Shown: positions 61,288-64,000 of the stretch, piece after piece | How the letters are laid out: each line of letters opens with the position of its first letter | Position numbering within the stretch: position 1 is the first letter of the stretch | Source of the DNA: Vermamoeba vermiformis | Taxonomy: Eukaryota | Reading direction: 5' to 3' | Length of the DNA: 64,000 nt | Assembly: GCA_045837725.1 (NCBI GenBank) | Contig: JBEWZL010000191.1 | Span: 1-64,000, forward strand | Translations under genes and position numbers: made by a program | The notes under the pieces: model-generated | What the model was told of the DNA's origin: nothing | Database searches by the model: none | What the model saw: the letters and a program-made list of their open reading frames with translations, nothing else

Positions 61288-63796
61288 TTACAATTGATGT
61301 TCATCTTTCCACAACAATACAGCTTCTTTCAATCCATAAGCCAGATCTTCAGCCGAGTCGTTTCTGTACATTTTCAATTCCTCCGCTAAATGCTTCGCGA
61401 GATCATTCCTTAATGAAGCTGCCTTAGTATCTTCACCATATAATGCTCCGACTAAGTTTTGAGCTTGCAAGAGCTCTTGAACCTTGGCACAGATCAGACC
61501 TTCGCGTACTGGATCAACTTCGATGCCGGCGATCTTAATAGCTCGCTTAGCCACTTGTCGTGACGTATCTAAACTGTTATTTGGCATTGGATTTGACATC
61601 ATAAATTGAGTTGGATCCGGTGCTGCCATGTACTTTGCGGGGTTTTGGTACACGTCCATAGGCGAAGGAGCGTTGAAAGCTCCAGCACCATTAGGAGGTG
61701 GCGGGGCCTCTAATGGATTGCCATAATAGATTGGCTGAGCTTCGATCACGTGACTTTGTGGTCGAGGTTGAATCACGTGGTCTTGCGGTGGTGGTACTAC
61801 AGGGCCTTGTTGCGGTTGAATCACGTGACTCTGTGGCTGCGGCACAACAGGGCCTTGTTGTGGCTGCATCATAATTGGTTGTGCTTGTGGCATAGGTTCG
61901 ACTGCTACTACACGCATTGGTGGTGGCAAGATACCCTGTTGCACTTGGATCACGTGCTGTTGTTGGACTTGCACGGGTTGAGGCTGTTGCTGTTGTTCAG
62001 CACGAGCGACTTCCATAGCGACCATGAGGTCATTGAGCACTTGCATAGGCTCTTGATGTACAGGCGCAGGGCCGTTGAGAATCTTCGCAGCCCAGCTCAT
62101 GTCCAAGCACAAGAAGCACATGAAGATGCCTCCCGCGAGCAACAAGCCGAGGACGCCAATGCCCCACCAGAACTGCACCTCGATGAGATAATACTCGCCA
62201 GCAGCGGCGCCGATAATTCCTATAGCTGCTTGCTGCGGTAGAGCAAAGCCTAAGAGGGCTTTAGTGATGTGAATTGACTGTTGCGTGAATTTGCTCGATC
62301 CAAAGGTGATACATTTGTGATTGGTTCCAACCCAAGCAAGGATCCATATGCCACAGAAAGCTGATAGTATTGTCATGCCCGTGAATGGGAATAATAAGCC
62401 AATCGCATGAGGGTTCAAGCAAAAGATGATCCAGCACCAGATCGCTCTGATCGGAGCAGATTCGAGATTTCTGTGACGAGCCGCAGGTGTGTATGCGTTT
62501 GCAGAAAAACAACAACAGCAACCCGTATTAGCGTTACAACATCCTTCATAGGCCGAAAACTCCATTGTTTCAGCTGCGCGCTTCATTGCTTTTCGGCGCC
62601 AAAAATAGGCTCCAATATAAACTCCAACCATGACTGCCGTCGGTCCTAATGTCAAGACAATAGGCAAACCAGTCTTCTGAACTGTAAGTAAATTAAACAC
62701 GATTAGATCCGCAACGAAAATGAAAAGACAGTCTGAAAACTCGAAAATTGAATCAAACTTGATATTTACTGAATGGTACTTACATTCTACTTCGCCAAGG
62801 CTCGATGAATTGGATAGACTCTTTAAATAGGTATCAATTGTGACGGCATCCGAGATCAAAGCAGTGGGTTGATCTGTGAGTGAGTCGTACGAGCACGCTG
62901 AGAACCAAATTAATTAGCTTACTATTAAATAATATATCTCCTAATTAGAGTATCAATTTACCTCTCTGGAATTCGGTTGGGTAAGATGCACAAGACGGGA
63001 TCGAAGCGAATACAGAGCTATCTAACGTGCAATAATTGCTCATGCAAACCCCACCAAGTGAGATGGTATTAGTACTATATCGAACACCAGTAGTAATGCT
63101 AACTGCCAATAAATTTGAACCAGATGGCGCTGATATAATAATCTCCGTATTTAACGCTGGCAATTCTATTAATACTTGTGTAGTATTTTGAGTAATATGA
63201 ATGGTATGTGGGAACCATCCTTGCGTTGCAACTCTTTCTGCTCTCCATCCATCTGCTCTTCGCCACGTTCTTGAAAATATTGCGCAATAATGATATTCAA
63301 ATTTAATTCCAGTAATTCCAGGAGTAGCTGCATATATTGTGGAATTGGATTCGGCCGTAAGCGTGAAGTGAAGGTTGGAAAAAATAACAAATGAGGAGTT
63401 TGTTGCAATGCCACAGGTCTCTGGTTGTCTAGTAAATGGTACTACGTGGCCTGTTCCCCATACGGTGCATGTTTGTTTCAAATCTGTCACGACTTTGGGC
63501 TCATCGTAACAATCTGGACAGATGTTCGGTCTATTCAATGCAGGAACGACTAACTGAGCCGCTGATACTACTGTCTGCGACATACATGATGCGTCTATAC
63601 ATTGCGTGAACGCTAAACCATAGGCGCAAAAGCCAAAGTTGGTAATATCATCCGGCGACGCGTAACTAAATCCAGTAGCGCTCAAACAATAGTCGTTAAT
63701 GCTTTGCACGAGTGGATCGCATTGACCAGTTATAGCATCTTGCTGAAGTGAATAGCCGACTAAAATAAATAAAAGTACGGCTGTCGTTGTGCTCAT
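61288..63796 (-). CDS. RGM/vWD-like ectodomain multipass membrane protein, paralog B (intact)
   Basis: Signal peptide MSTTTAVLLF..QQDA, Cys-rich helical part, CTVWGTGHVVPF and EFQRACSYDSLT, TM block with LPQQ..GIIGAAA..EVQFWWG, Q/P repeats, C-terminal LAYGLKEAVLLWK. Confidence 0.8.
61745..61960 (-). repeat. Coding tandem repeats (QPQQGPVVP / SHVIQP)
   Basis: Near-duplicated units QPQQGPVVPQPQSHVI and QPQQGPVVPPPQDHVI. Confidence 0.7.
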
Positions 63797-64000
63797 CTTG
63801 AAAAACAAGACAAAAAAATGAAGGAAAATCTCTAACCGAAAGCTGTCAAATTCGTAAGCGCTGACAAAACCCCCAACATTCCGTAGCTGGTACAACTAGT
63901 ACTAACCTAACTCAGAATGGTCTGCTTCTTCAGATTCAGCTAGATCTGACACAACAAATAATTCAATTGAGATAGTGGCCTATCTTTGCATTTCTATGAG

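Noticed and set aside
58925-61960. Regularly spaced ATCACGTG words resembling a CRISPR or E-box array
   Set aside because: They are His-Val codons of protein repeats; the spacers are irregular and no cas genes are present.
1-64000. Prokaryotic operon, defence island, tRNA/rRNA or transposon
   Set aside because: The DNA is spliceosomal-intron-rich eukaryotic sequence; no such signatures were recognised by eye (tRNAscan-SE and Rfam were not run).

Overview
Compact, AT-rich, intron-dense eukaryotic genomic DNA. It uses the standard genetic code, has GT-AG introns of mostly 40-120 nt and short intergenic spacers. The gene content suggests a phagotrophic protist, probably amoebozoan-like (inference). 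About 24 spliced protein-coding genes can be reconstructed by hand, and most of the ORF track consists of exon fragments or antisense noise. No rRNA, tRNA, CRISPR array or transposase was recognised. Housekeeping genes include DGK, RAD51B, condensin CAP-H, an OTUD3-like DUB, WDR75, Sgf11/ATXN7L3 and TVP38. The unusual items are: (1) a class IV sirtuin flanked by two actin-monomer-binding modules (N-terminal WH2/thymosin-like motif, C-terminal C-CAP beta-helix); (2) a near-conventional actin fused to the Zn-finger+vWA body of CPRAS-type proteins; (3) a head-to-head peptidoglycan-digestion pair (lysozyme/transglycosylase-like gene missed by the ORF track, and an EPDR-like/NlpC-P60 fusion) inside a run of four secreted-protein genes; (4) tandem RGM/vWD-like multipass receptors; (5) Rim4-like and TOPLESS-like genes; (6) a recurrent intronic palindrome TGACA-NN-TGTCA. 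Several genes carry single-base +1 frameshifts, most likely assembly indels. CDS coordinates span introns. Family assignments come from motif recognition by eye, not from database searches.
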